Of a stretch of DNA of 64,000 nucleotides, positions 17,790-26,426 are shown piece by piece (within the stretch, counting starts at the first letter, position 1; every line of letters starts with the position of its first letter). A program made the translations under genes and the position numbers. The notes beneath the pieces are model-generated. The model ran no database searches. It saw only the letters and a program-made list of their open reading frames with translations, and had not been told where the DNA came from. The stretch comes from Desulfatiglandales bacterium (GTDB lineage: Bacteria > Desulfobacterota > DSM-4660 > Desulfatiglandales > Desulfatiglandaceae), in contig OY759599.1 in NCBI GenBank assembly GCA_963662465.1, forward strand, positions 6,464,001 to 6,528,000, written 5' to 3'.

Positions 17790-19426
17790 TTCTGTTTCGG
17801 CGGGTCATTCAAGTGTTCAGTCTGGGGCTTTTTCTGCTGTTGCTGGCGATGGCCGCGGCTTCTCTCCATTCGTCCGCCCCCCTTGATCTTTTTCTGCGGT
17901 TGGACCCCGGGCTTACGCTGCTGACGGCCATCAGCGCCGGAACGCTGACGGTCGCTTTTGTTCCGGCGCTGTTGGTTCTGATAGCCACGTTTTTTTTCGG
18001 GCGCATTTTCTGTGGTTATCTCTGTCCCATGGGGGTGACCCTGGATGGGGGGGATAAACTGTTTGCCCCGAGGAAAAAACCTGTTGGGCCAACGGAAAAC
18101 CCCCGGCGTTTGAAATACATGGTCCTCTGTTTTTTGCTGGGCAGCGCTTTACTGGGTGTGTCCCTGGTCTTTCTGGCAGCACCCCTGTCCCTGATTACCC
18201 GCTTCTACGGGCTCCTGGTGCATCCGATTCTGGCTTTTTTCGCCCACCGGTGCCTCGGCCTCCTGCATCCCCTGGCTGAGCAGTTGAACCTCAATGCCAT
18301 TATTTTTATTCAGGTTGCAACCCCGCGATTTGCGACCCTGTTGTTTATCCTGGGGTTTTTCTGTACGCTCTTTGCGTTGGCCCGGATTTCGCCCCGTTTC
18401 TGGTGTCGCAATTTTTGCCCTTCCGGGGCGCTGATGGCTATTTTTTCCGTAAAACCGGTTATCCGCAGATGCGTTTCCGATGCATGCACTGCCTGCGGAA
18501 AATGCATTCGCGCCTGCCCCATGAATGCCATTATAACGGAAAATCCACTGGAAACCCGGCATGAAGAGTGCCTGGTGTGCCGCACTTGTGAAGCCCTTTG
18601 TCCAGAGCAGGCCATCTCCTTTGGTCGAGTCAAAAGAGAACGGACATCCGATAAGGCGTCGTTTTCATCCAGCCGACGTCATTTCGTCTATTCGGGAATT
18701 GCGGGCGTTGTCGTCGCCGCAACCGGGCATACCGGACTCCTTGCGCCCCAAAGTAAATCCGGGCCGGGTCAGGTGTTGCCGCCGAGGCTTCTCAGGCCGC
18801 CGGGCGCGCTCCCCGAGTCGGCGTTTCTTGCCCGGTGTGTCCGCTGTGGCGAGTGTATGGCGGCCTGCCCCACCAACACGCTTCAACCTATTTGGTTTGA
18901 TGCCGGCTTCATGGCCCTTTTCAGTCCGACGTTGACCCCCCGGCGCGGCTATTGCAGCCCTGAGTGTCGCATGTGCGGCGAGGTTTGTCCAACGGATGCT
19001 ATCAGGGCATTATCCCCAAAGGAGCGAATCTGGGCCAAGACGGGCACGGCTGTCATTGATTTCAGTCGATGTCTGGCGTGGGAACAGCAGAAAAGCTGCA
19101 TGGTTTGTGATGAAGTCTGCCCTTACAAGGCGGTGGCATTTCGAAAAGAACCGGGTAATCCGGTTCCGGTTCCCCGGGTGGATGAGAACAAATGCGCCGG
19201 ATGCGGCTACTGCGAGCATTACTGCCCGGTGCAGAACCGGGCGGCCATTGTGGTGATGGCCATGGGGGCGCTCAGATTGTCGGAGGGGTCTTACAGTATC
19301 CAGGGTAAAGCCCAAGGGCTCCAGCTTTCCATCCATGCCGGACCCGGGTACGGCAAACTGCCTGAAAATGCGGGTGAGGAAAACGGATTTGCGCCCGGTT
19401 TCGATGATGCGGCGCCGCCGCCCTAA
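17786..19426 (+). CDS. Membrane polyferredoxin (NapH-like TM domain fused to NapG/MauM-like ferredoxin)
   Basis: GRIFCGYLCPMG, RFWCRNFCPSG, several CxxCxxCxxxCP motifs, LRPPGA, internal SRRHF. Confidence 0.88.
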   Translation: MILFRRVIQVFSLGLFLLLLAMAAASLHSSAPLDLFLRLDPGLTLLTAISAGTLTVAFVPALLVLIATFFFGRIFCGYLCPMGVTLDGGDKLFAPRKKPVGPTENPRRLKYMVLCFLLGSALLGVSLVFLAAPLSLITRFYGLLVHPILAFFAHRCLGLLHPLAEQLNLNAIIFIQVATPRFATLLFILGFFCTLFALARISPRFWCRNFCPSGALMAIFSVKPVIRRCVSDACTACGKCIRACPMNAIITENPLETRHEECLVCRTCEALCPEQAISFGRVKRERTSDKASFSSSRRHFVYSGIAGVVVAATGHTGLLAPQSKSGPGQVLPPRLLRPPGALPESAFLARCVRCGECMAACPTNTLQPIWFDAGFMALFSPTLTPRRGYCSPECRMCGEVCPTDAIRALSPKERIWAKTGTAVIDFSRCLAWEQQKSCMVCDEVCPYKAVAFRKEPGNPVPVPRVDENKCAGCGYCEHYCPVQNRAAIVVMAMGALRLSEGSYSIQGKAQGLQLSIHAGPGYGKLPENAGEENGFAPGFDDAAPPP

Positions 19427-19427
19427 T

Positions 19428-20765
19428 TCACTCCTTTCCCTTTTTTATTTCCCCTTTTTTCATCTTGTACCGCAACACCCGTTCGCTGATGCCCAGGAGT
19501 TCGGCGGCCCGGGTCTGCACCCATCGGCTTTTTTCCAGCGCCGACAGGATCATCTCCTCCTCCACGGCGGACAGTCGTTCGGCAAGAGACCCCTGGGTTG
19601 CAGCCCGGTGATGCCTGATTTCTTCGGGAAGGTCTTTGGGTCCGATGGTCTTTCCCCTTGCCAGGATGGCGGTTCGCTGCACGATATGCTCTAGTTCCCG
19701 GACGTTTCCCGGAAAAGGGTATTTGATGAGAATATCCATGGCATCCGTGGAAAAGGTTACGGGGGATACGGCGTATCGCTCCAGAAAAAAATCGGCAAGG
19801 GGAGGGATATCTTTCCGGCGATGTCTGAGGGGCGGAATTTCAATTTCAAAGACTTTGATGCGGTAGTAGAGGTCCTCGCGAAACCGGCCGTCCTGCGCCA
19901 TTTTTTTAAGGTCCCGGTTGGTGGCGGTGACGAGACGCACATCCACCTGAATGTCTTCCTCGCCGCCCACGGGCGTAATCCGGCCCTGTTGCAGGGCCCG
20001 GAGCAGCTTGGACTGCAGGAGGAGGGGCATTTCGCCGATTTCATCCAGCAGCAGTGTTCCGCCGCTCGCCAGTTCAAAGCGGCCCCGCCGGTTTTTAACG
20101 GCCCCGGTAAAAGCGCCTTTCATGTGCCCGAACAGTTCGCTTTCAAAGAGATTCTCGGGTATGGCCGCGCAGTTGACATCCGAAAAAGGACCCGAATTCC
20201 CCCGTGGGCTCAGCAGGTGAATGAGCTGGGCGGCCAGCTCCTTGCCGGTCCCGGTTTCGCCGAAGATGAGTACCGGCCATGGGGATGGGGCGACTCGCCG
20301 AATGAAGGAGATCACCTCTTTCATTTCAGTGCTTTGTGCGATTATTTTCAGGGGGAGCGGCCCTTCTTCAACCACTTTTTCCACTTGGACCACATCTTCA
20401 TCCACGGCGATTCGTTGCTCGATCCGGTCAATTTTCTCAAGCAGCCGGGACAGGTCCACGGGTTTTTCGAGGAAATCGCCCGCCCCCAGTTTCATGACCT
20501 TGACCGCCGTATCCACGTCGCTGTAAGCGGTGATCATGATGGCCTGAACCAGTGGGTTAATGGCCTTCATTTTGGCAAGGACCTCATCCCCCGTCATACC
20601 GGGCATGCGTTGGTCCAGGAGTACCAGTTGAACCGGTGTGCTCTCGAAAAGTTTCAGTGCCTCATGGCCGTCGGAAGCCGAAAGTGTATGGTGTCCCTGA
20701 TGATCCAGGAAGCCTTTCAGCAGTTCCCGCTGGAGGGGATCGTCATCGGCGATAAGAATTTTCAT
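19428..20765 (-). CDS. Sigma54-dependent response regulator (NtrC/ZraR family)
   Basis: REC domain (ADDD, LDQRMP), [35 protein letters not shown], Fis-type HTH. Confidence 0.95.
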   Translation of the reverse strand: MKILIADDDPLQRELLKGFLDHQGHHTLSASDGHEALKLFESTPVQLVLLDQRMPGMTGDEVLAKMKAINPLVQAIMITAYSDVDTAVKVMKLGAGDFLEKPVDLSRLLEKIDRIEQRIAVDEDVVQVEKVVEEGPLPLKIIAQSTEMKEVISFIRRVAPSPWPVLIFGETGTGKELAAQLIHLLSPRGNSGPFSDVNCAAIPENLFESELFGHMKGAFTGAVKNRRGRFELASGGTLLLDEIGEMPLLLQSKLLRALQQGRITPVGGEEDIQVDVRLVTATNRDLKKMAQDGRFREDLYYRIKVFEIEIPPLRHRRKDIPPLADFFLERYAVSPVTFSTDAMDILIKYPFPGNVRELEHIVQRTAILARGKTIGPKDLPEEIRHHRAATQGSLAERLSAVEEEMILSALEKSRWVQTRAAELLGISERVLRYKMKKGEIKKGKE

Positions 20766-20798
20766 GGGTCCGGTTGCCTTTCCTTAAGACTGTAACGG

Positions 20799-22355
20799 TT
20801 ACGGGTTGTCGTTAAAAGGGAGATAAACGGTGATTTCCAGAGCGCCCGGTTCGGGAACCGCTGTTTCCAGGCGCCCCTTGTGGGCCTGGATGATCCGTTG
20901 TGCAATGCTTAACCCAAGACCCGTCCCCCGGGCTTTGGTGGTGAAATAGGGGTCCAGAATTTGAGTCGTTTTTCCTTCGGACAGGGTGAATCCGCCGTTT
21001 CGAATTCTCAAGTATACCGCCTTGCTGTCTCGGTCCACCGTCACATGGATAAATCCTCCATGGGGTTGGGCTTCCATGGCGTTTCGCAACAGGTTTTCAA
21101 TGACCTGACCCAGCAGTTCGGGATCCCCGGAAATGGTCTCCCTGAAATTCAAGCGCTGGTCAACCAAAATCTTCAATTCTGCCAACCGGGGAAGATAAAG
21201 GGCCAGGATTTTTTGAAACAACCGGTCCAGGCGGAGGGGCTTCCGGTTGGGCATGGGCGGTCGCGCGTAATTGAGCAGTCCGCTCACACTGGCGTTGGCG
21301 CGACCCATCGCATCCGTCAGAAGGGTCAGCAGATGCCGGTGATCCGGCGTTAGTTCCTCGCCTTCCAGTTGAAGACGCTGAAGGCCCATTCCCAAGGCAT
21401 TCAGGGGATTTCTGATTTCATGGGCAATGGCCGCGGCTGCCCGCCCCAGAGCGGCGTCTTCCCGCTCTTTGGCGATCCGTCTTTCATAGGATTGAACCTG
21501 TACCAGATGGGACGACTGGTTTCGGTAGAGGATGAAGGAAATACAGATTCCCAAAAACGCAAAAACGGCGCCGAAAACAAAAAAATCACGCCACAGGCGA
21601 TGGATGGATCGATCCAGATGCCCTGTGTCCACTCCCACGGAAAGAATTCCGGACTGAAAAGGCAGTCGGGCTATGGCCACATCCTTTTCTTCAAGGGTCG
21701 TAAAGGTTACGGAAGGATTTTCGGACAATGGCGTTTTTCCGGGAATTGGGGTTTGCATGCGCACCGAATGAATGCCGGGAAGTTCGGACACGGTTTTCAT
21801 CACATGGTCCAGTCCCAGGTTCTCTTGGAGAGCCGCAATCATTTTGTCGCCGATCCCCAGCACGACGCATCCAGCCTCGTTAGGTCGGGGCCATGAAAAC
21901 AGATACAGGCTTTTTTTGTTCCGATGTTCCAGAACGGGTTTGTTTTCGCAGGGAGATGCGCTGATGGGTCGGAATTCGGAAAAACCATCCACCGCGGTCC
22001 CCGTTGATTCTGAGATCAGAATCCCCGCCAGCCCGGATTCTTTGGCAAAGGCGGACAATTCTTCCGGCGTGAAGGGTTCAATGTCGTTTAAGTAATTTAC
22101 AAAACGGGCCGTGTTTCCCAAAAGGGTTTCGAGGAGTGTTTCGGCCGCTTTTTGGGAGGCCATGGCACTCTGGGCGCTTGATTGGATGACCTCCGCCACC
22201 TGCCGCACATGGGTGCGTACATGGGCCAGAAAGTCCTCTTTGGCCTGATGGATCTGCCAGAAAAAATAGGCCACGGCGGAAAGGGTCAGCAGGGTAAACA
22301 GAAGAAGGTTGGTCAGCCAGAGCGGAAACCCTTGCCTATTTTCGGCCATGGCCAC
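20799..22355 (-). CDS. Membrane sensor histidine kinase
   Basis: Two TM helices around a periplasmic domain, AHEIRNPL, ENLLRNA, YFTTK, GTGLGL; the start may be 22349. Confidence 0.93.
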   Translation of the reverse strand: MAMAENRQGFPLWLTNLLLFTLLTLSAVAYFFWQIHQAKEDFLAHVRTHVRQVAEVIQSSAQSAMASQKAAETLLETLLGNTARFVNYLNDIEPFTPEELSAFAKESGLAGILISESTGTAVDGFSEFRPISASPCENKPVLEHRNKKSLYLFSWPRPNEAGCVVLGIGDKMIAALQENLGLDHVMKTVSELPGIHSVRMQTPIPGKTPLSENPSVTFTTLEEKDVAIARLPFQSGILSVGVDTGHLDRSIHRLWRDFFVFGAVFAFLGICISFILYRNQSSHLVQVQSYERRIAKEREDAALGRAAAAIAHEIRNPLNALGMGLQRLQLEGEELTPDHRHLLTLLTDAMGRANASVSGLLNYARPPMPNRKPLRLDRLFQKILALYLPRLAELKILVDQRLNFRETISGDPELLGQVIENLLRNAMEAQPHGGFIHVTVDRDSKAVYLRIRNGGFTLSEGKTTQILDPYFTTKARGTGLGLSIAQRIIQAHKGRLETAVPEPGALEITVYLPFNDNP

Positions 22356-22743
22356 GGGCGCCCCCTTTGGTTCCGGAGATTCCCCGTCCCTTGCCCAGCC
22401 GTCGGCGTACCCCGGTGGGATCCTTGTTGTCTCTCGTGGCGGCTGATAATAAATTGCCGGCCAGAAAGTTTTGGGAACTCCCCGAAAATTTACCCCAAAT
22501 CCGGATAATGTCTCCTGGAAGGAGTCCTTTCGGTAAGTAACCGGAGGTCGTTTGGACGATGATATCTGTTGTCTCTTGATTCCCAGCCCCCTCCCGGGAC
22601 CCTTCCAGCACCTGTCCCGATATTTTTCCGGATGCCTGATCCAGGCTCAGGATGCGCACCAGCAGGGGTTCCTCCCCATAAGCCATGGAAGAAAAGAAAG
22701 GGTGAAGTAAAACCCCCATTAGAAGGACCAGGAAAATCCGCAT
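22336..22743 (-). CDS. Small exported hypothetical protein
   Basis: Signal peptide (AYG), beta-rich core, DPTGVRRRL plus a Gly/Arg/Lys-rich tail; overlaps both neighbours. Confidence 0.65.
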   Translation of the reverse strand: MRIFLVLLMGVLLHPFFSSMAYGEEPLLVRILSLDQASGKISGQVLEGSREGAGNQETTDIIVQTTSGYLPKGLLPGDIIRIWGKFSGSSQNFLAGNLLSAATRDNKDPTGVRRRLGKGRGISGTKGGARGHGRK

Positions 22744-23837
22744 TGAACCACCGTTTGTGAATAAGATTCATAATCCAGGGGCGCTTCGCCGTTTGTAATG
22801 GCCGCCGCGGCGAAAATCTCCAGGGAACCCCAGAAACGACTCACTTCCAACCCCAGGGTATAAATGGTGTTGGTTTCCCTGACGCAGTGCATGCTGTCAG
22901 GCACATGATGATAATCCATCCGATACCACTTGGCTTCCCCCATGACCCGCCATTCTTCAAAGGGTTCCCATGCCAGCGAGAATCCCGCCTCAATCTGCCC
23001 ATAAGACTCCAGATCCACGGATGAATCCAGGTCAGTGTAGCCTCCATAAAGAGATCCGGAAAGGGATGGCATCAAAAACAGATCCATGGTTAAAACCGTC
23101 CGAATCAAAAGGTTGTTTCTGGGGGGCAGGTATTCATTGAGGATGCTCTTTTTGCCGCACCCGTATGCTCCCCCGGACCCCTCTCCGGATGAAAGGCTTC
23201 CCAAACCCTCCCGCACAAGATTTGACAAGGATGACGGCCCTGGTGCTCCACCGCCGCCCTGTCCCTGGATCGGTCGGCCCTGACCCCGTCCCGAAAAGGG
23301 CTGGGCCCAGTTCAGATAATGCTGCCGATTCCAGGTATTCTCCAGGCGCAGGTTGATGCGGCTGTTGACGATCAAGTCCGCCGCAAGGCCTGCCATCACC
23401 TCATTTCTCTCCGCCGCCTCTACCAGATGGTCCCGGTAAACCGCCGCTTCCAGCAAAAGGGCCGGCATGAAGCGCCCATTGGCCAGTGGATATGAGAGGG
23501 CGCCGCCACCCCGCACATCATAATTGTCTTCGACCTGCCAGTAGTCCTGATAATGGGCATTTAAGAAAGTATCGAGGGTCAATGGGTTCTCGAAGCGAAA
23601 CTGTTTCCCCAGTCCTGCTGTGTATACGGAAAAGCCTGAGCCGTCGGCATCAGCTTCGAGGGCCGGGTTGGAATCATACCCAGTGGTTCCTTCCACAAAA
23701 AGATCCAGAACGTCCAGTGCCTCCGCCTGGGGAAGTCCCATGGTTTGACAGCAGAAAAAAGTGACCAGGAAGGCCTGGTAAATTAAAGAAGAAAGGCCCC
23801 TTTGCCGAGGCCTTTCCGGAAAGTCAATGTCAAACAA
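22719..23837 (-). CDS. Outer-membrane beta-barrel protein with a Gly-rich loop
   Basis: Signal ending AEA, GYDSNP motif, amphipathic strands, C-terminal GFSWSF; start uncertain. Confidence 0.65.
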   Translation of the reverse strand: MFDIDFPERPRQRGLSSLIYQAFLVTFFCCQTMGLPQAEALDVLDLFVEGTTGYDSNPALEADADGSGFSVYTAGLGKQFRFENPLTLDTFLNAHYQDYWQVEDNYDVRGGGALSYPLANGRFMPALLLEAAVYRDHLVEAAERNEVMAGLAADLIVNSRINLRLENTWNRQHYLNWAQPFSGRGQGRPIQGQGGGGAPGPSSLSNLVREGLGSLSSGEGSGGAYGCGKKSILNEYLPPRNNLLIRTVLTMDLFLMPSLSGSLYGGYTDLDSSVDLESYGQIEAGFSLAWEPFEEWRVMGEAKWYRMDYHHVPDSMHCVRETNTIYTLGLEVSRFWGSLEIFAAAAITNGEAPLDYESYSQTVVQCGFSWSF

Positions 23838-23846
23838 AACCCGTTC

Positions 23847-24269
23847 CTAACGGTTTCGACCGCCACGCCAGAGTGGCGAACCCGTTTCAGCATCGCGAAG
23901 TGCCATGGTGGATCCATCAACGGTGATGGTCATGACGATATCTCTCAATTCCCCATTGAAGTCCACGGTGTAGCCGGTCGCTGTAATGGCTTCACCCGCA
24001 ATGGGACGATCCACCTCTTGGGCTTCCCAGTACCAGATGGGGCCGATGCCGTAGAGGGTTACATTTTCACTCTCCAGGGCCACTTCCATTCCCTGCCCCG
24101 GAACAATGCCCATCACCGTTCCCGTGTAAGTAAACGGTGTGCCGCTGAGGATATCATGAATGGGACCTGTTCCATTCCCCGGGCCTTTTCCATTCCCCGC
24201 GAAACTCAGTCCCATCCCCACAAACAATACCAGAAGTGCTGCCATCGTACCCGTCAAAATCTTTTTCAT
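23847..24269 (-). CDS. Exported OB-fold-like protein (GPxWY...LRD.xG.P.W motif)
   Basis: MKK signal peptide (SFA) and SD AGGAG; the longer ORF to 24611 runs through the promoter and is not credible. Confidence 0.75.
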   Translation of the reverse strand: MKKILTGTMAALLVLFVGMGLSFAGNGKGPGNGTGPIHDILSGTPFTYTGTVMGIVPGQGMEVALESENVTLYGIGPIWYWEAQEVDRPIAGEAITATGYTVDFNGELRDIVMTITVDGSTMALRDAETGSPLWRGGRNR

Positions 24270-24345
24270 CTGTTGCTCCTCCTTGTTCCTTGAATCCTGG
24301 TTTTCAGGTTCCGGCCTTTCCGCAACCCCTATTGTAGAATGGCTA

Positions 24346-24362
24346 AGCAAGAAGAATGCCAG
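24346..24362 (-). promoter_or_regulatory. Sigma54 (-24/-12) promoter
   Basis: CTGGCAT-TCTTC-TTGCT matches TGGCAC-N5-TTGCW, about 75 nt upstream of the ATG at 24269. Confidence 0.85.
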
Positions 24363-24433
24363 GTTTAAAAAATCAGCAAAATAAGTCAGTTGCCGATCAT
24401 CATCTATTCGGAAGGTCAACAATACGGGTGTTA

Positions 24434-24451
24434 ATCGACAATTTTGTCGAT
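24434..24451. promoter_or_regulatory. Candidate enhancer (bEBP binding site)
   Basis: Perfect palindrome ATCGACAA-tt-TTGTCGAT about 75-90 bp upstream of the -24 element. Confidence 0.65.
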
Positions 24452-24475
24452 AGGCCGGTTTTCGTTGATTCATGC

Positions 24476-24754
24476 CTATTTGGTTCCTGGAAAGACCAGC
24501 ATCCAGATCCCCAGCAGGATAAAGAGAATTGCGGCGCCCATTTTCATGTAAACGGGCGGGATCAGTCGGCTGATGGCGGCGCCGAAAAGAACCGCCAGTA
24601 AAGACGTACACACCAGGGCCCCGGCGGCGCCTAGAAATACCGCCAAACGGGTTTTGCTGTCAGTGGCAAACGCAAAGGTGGCCAGTTGGGTTTTGTCCCC
24701 CAGCTCAGCCAGAAAAATCATTCCAAAAGTCGTCAACATTACTTTCAAATCCAA
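24476..24754 (-). CDS. TMEM165/GDT1 (UPF0016) family, single-domain Mn/Ca transporter
   Basis: FLAELGDKTQL signature, 3 TM helices; SD GGAGG before the TTG. Confidence 0.9.
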   Translation of the reverse strand: MDLKVMLTTFGMIFLAELGDKTQLATFAFATDSKTRLAVFLGAAGALVCTSLLAVLFGAAISRLIPPVYMKMGAAILFILLGIWMLVFPGTK

Positions 24755-24848
24755 AAGATATAAACCTCCCTTTTTTCTCCTCTTCTTCCGCCAGGGAAAA
24801 GGTAATTTCGTTTTCGACTATAAGTATGCGCACTATATCCTGTCGAAT

Positions 24849-26426
24849 TTATCGTCCTATCCCGATATTGAAGCTTAGAACATCCTTTTCTCCCACCCGG
24901 TGTTTTCCGGGTGTGCAGAGTTCACCGACTTTTGTTGCGGGGTCAAAGACGACAATGTAACCCCGGTCCACTCTTTCGGGCTTCAGGTATTTTTCAGTCA
25001 ACTGTTCCAGGGCCTCGTCGATGGTTCCGGAATATCTCTTGATCTTGAGTTCGATAATGTACTTTACCCCCCTGTGAATAAGCAGGATGTCCATAATGCC
25101 AAGCCCGGTTTTGCTTTCGTAGAAGAGGTCGCCATCCCCTTCCGGCACAAACTGATAAAGCCAGGCCGTGAGTTGGAATTTTCCCGTAACCTCCATGGGA
25201 TGACGGGTGGAGTAGAACGCGGCGGCCCCGATCCGGGCGATGTATTTTTCAAAGTCGGCCAGGACTCTTTCCATGTTCAACGTTTCATCGGAGAGATAAT
25301 AGGGCCTGAACGCCGGCTCGACCCTGTTCGCGATATCCCGAAAGAAGGTTTTGGTAAACCGTTTTTTGTAGATGGGGTTGCTGACGCAGAGTTTCTTTCC
25401 TTCGGCTTTGATCAGCCCGTGGGTCAAAAGAAGCGATTGCTCTTCATCGCCGGGGAGATATTCAACACCATCGAAGACCACATCCATGAAGGTCTCTTTG
25501 TATTGTTTGGCTTTCTCGGTAATGTTGTCGAAATGGCTGTTTTCCTCGTACAGGAGCGTCTCAAGGGCATTGTCCACGTCTTCAGCCGTGATGGGCGCCG
25601 TAGTTTCGGGTCGTATGTCCATGGTAAGAATCGTCCCGATTCGGTTCACCAGCCAGGGTTGCCCGGCCGTCTGTTCAAACACCTTTTCCACTGCTTCTTC
25701 CGTAAAAGGCTGGTTTGTTTCCCCTGTATACTGGCCATAGAGATCCCGAACGTTTTCCAAAACAAAGGGCGGCAGTTTCACCTGGTCGGCGATGTTGAAC
25801 GGAGAGACGCCCCCCACAATCAGTTTGGTGATGTTCCGAATCCCCACAAGCCCCACTGAATACAGGGCCTTGTCATCGCGTCCCTTGTATTCCTGGTACA
25901 GTTCCCGCAGGGTGGTCAGAAAGTTTTCCAGTTCCGATTGGGGGATGCCGTCGAATTCATCGATGAAAATGATGATTTTCTTCCTTTCTATGAGTTCGTT
26001 CAACCCTTCAAACAGCTTACGAAGAGAAATATGATTCGCGGTGGGATGCGCTTGCATATAGGCCTTCACATGCTCTAGTTGCGGGCAATCCACAAGGGTC
26101 AGCCTGCCGATGAGCTGCCCTAACAGAGATTCGTGTATGAGGCTGTAGAACTGTTCGCCGGAAATGTTTTTATAGTCCTGAAAGCTTAAAAGAACGGGCA
26201 CATAGGTTGGATCTTTCGCCAGCCTGGAACAAAAATCCCTGAAAAACGTGGTTTTGCCGCTCTGCCGGGGGGCGAATATGGAGAAGTAGCGCCCCATATC
26301 CACCATGGTTTTGATGTCTTGCCTGTCGGAATTGGTTACGTTTTCCAGGGGAACATAATAGGATGCGCCTGGATCGACCACGCCTGATTTTTCAAAATAT
26401 CGTTTTGGTTTTTTATATGGGGTCAT
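24849..26426 (-). CDS. AAA-like ATPase with a C-terminal PD-(D/E)xK-like domain, copy A (525 aa)
   Basis: Walker A APRQSGKTT, Walker B IIFIDEFD, SPFNIA, TAGQPWLV, C-terminal MDILL...IIELK. Confidence 0.85.
   Translation of the reverse strand: MTPYKKPKRYFEKSGVVDPGASYYVPLENVTNSDRQDIKTMVDMGRYFSIFAPRQSGKTTFFRDFCSRLAKDPTYVPVLLSFQDYKNISGEQFYSLIHESLLGQLIGRLTLVDCPQLEHVKAYMQAHPTANHISLRKLFEGLNELIERKKIIIFIDEFDGIPQSELENFLTTLRELYQEYKGRDDKALYSVGLVGIRNITKLIVGGVSPFNIADQVKLPPFVLENVRDLYGQYTGETNQPFTEEAVEKVFEQTAGQPWLVNRIGTILTMDIRPETTAPITAEDVDNALETLLYEENSHFDNITEKAKQYKETFMDVVFDGVEYLPGDEEQSLLLTHGLIKAEGKKLCVSNPIYKKRFTKTFFRDIANRVEPAFRPYYLSDETLNMERVLADFEKYIARIGAAAFYSTRHPMEVTGKFQLTAWLYQFVPEGDGDLFYESKTGLGIMDILLIHRGVKYIIELKIKRYSGTIDEALEQLTEKYLKPERVDRGYIVVFDPATKVGELCTPGKHRVGEKDVLSFNIGIGR

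Noticed and set aside
19821..20795. 324-aa ORF opposite the sigma54 regulator (likewise 49360-50409, 54916-56004, 57593-58585)
   Set aside because: These are antisense shadows of well-supported genes, as expected from codon bias.
23847..24269. Magnetosome gene cluster, given the MamS/MamX-like motif
   Set aside because: There is no CxxCH magnetochrome motif and no other mam-like gene in the window; the fold is widespread.
24270..24611. N-terminal extension of ORF 23847-24611
   Set aside because: It runs through the sigma54 promoter and into the GDT1 gene; the SD and signal peptide support a start at 24269.
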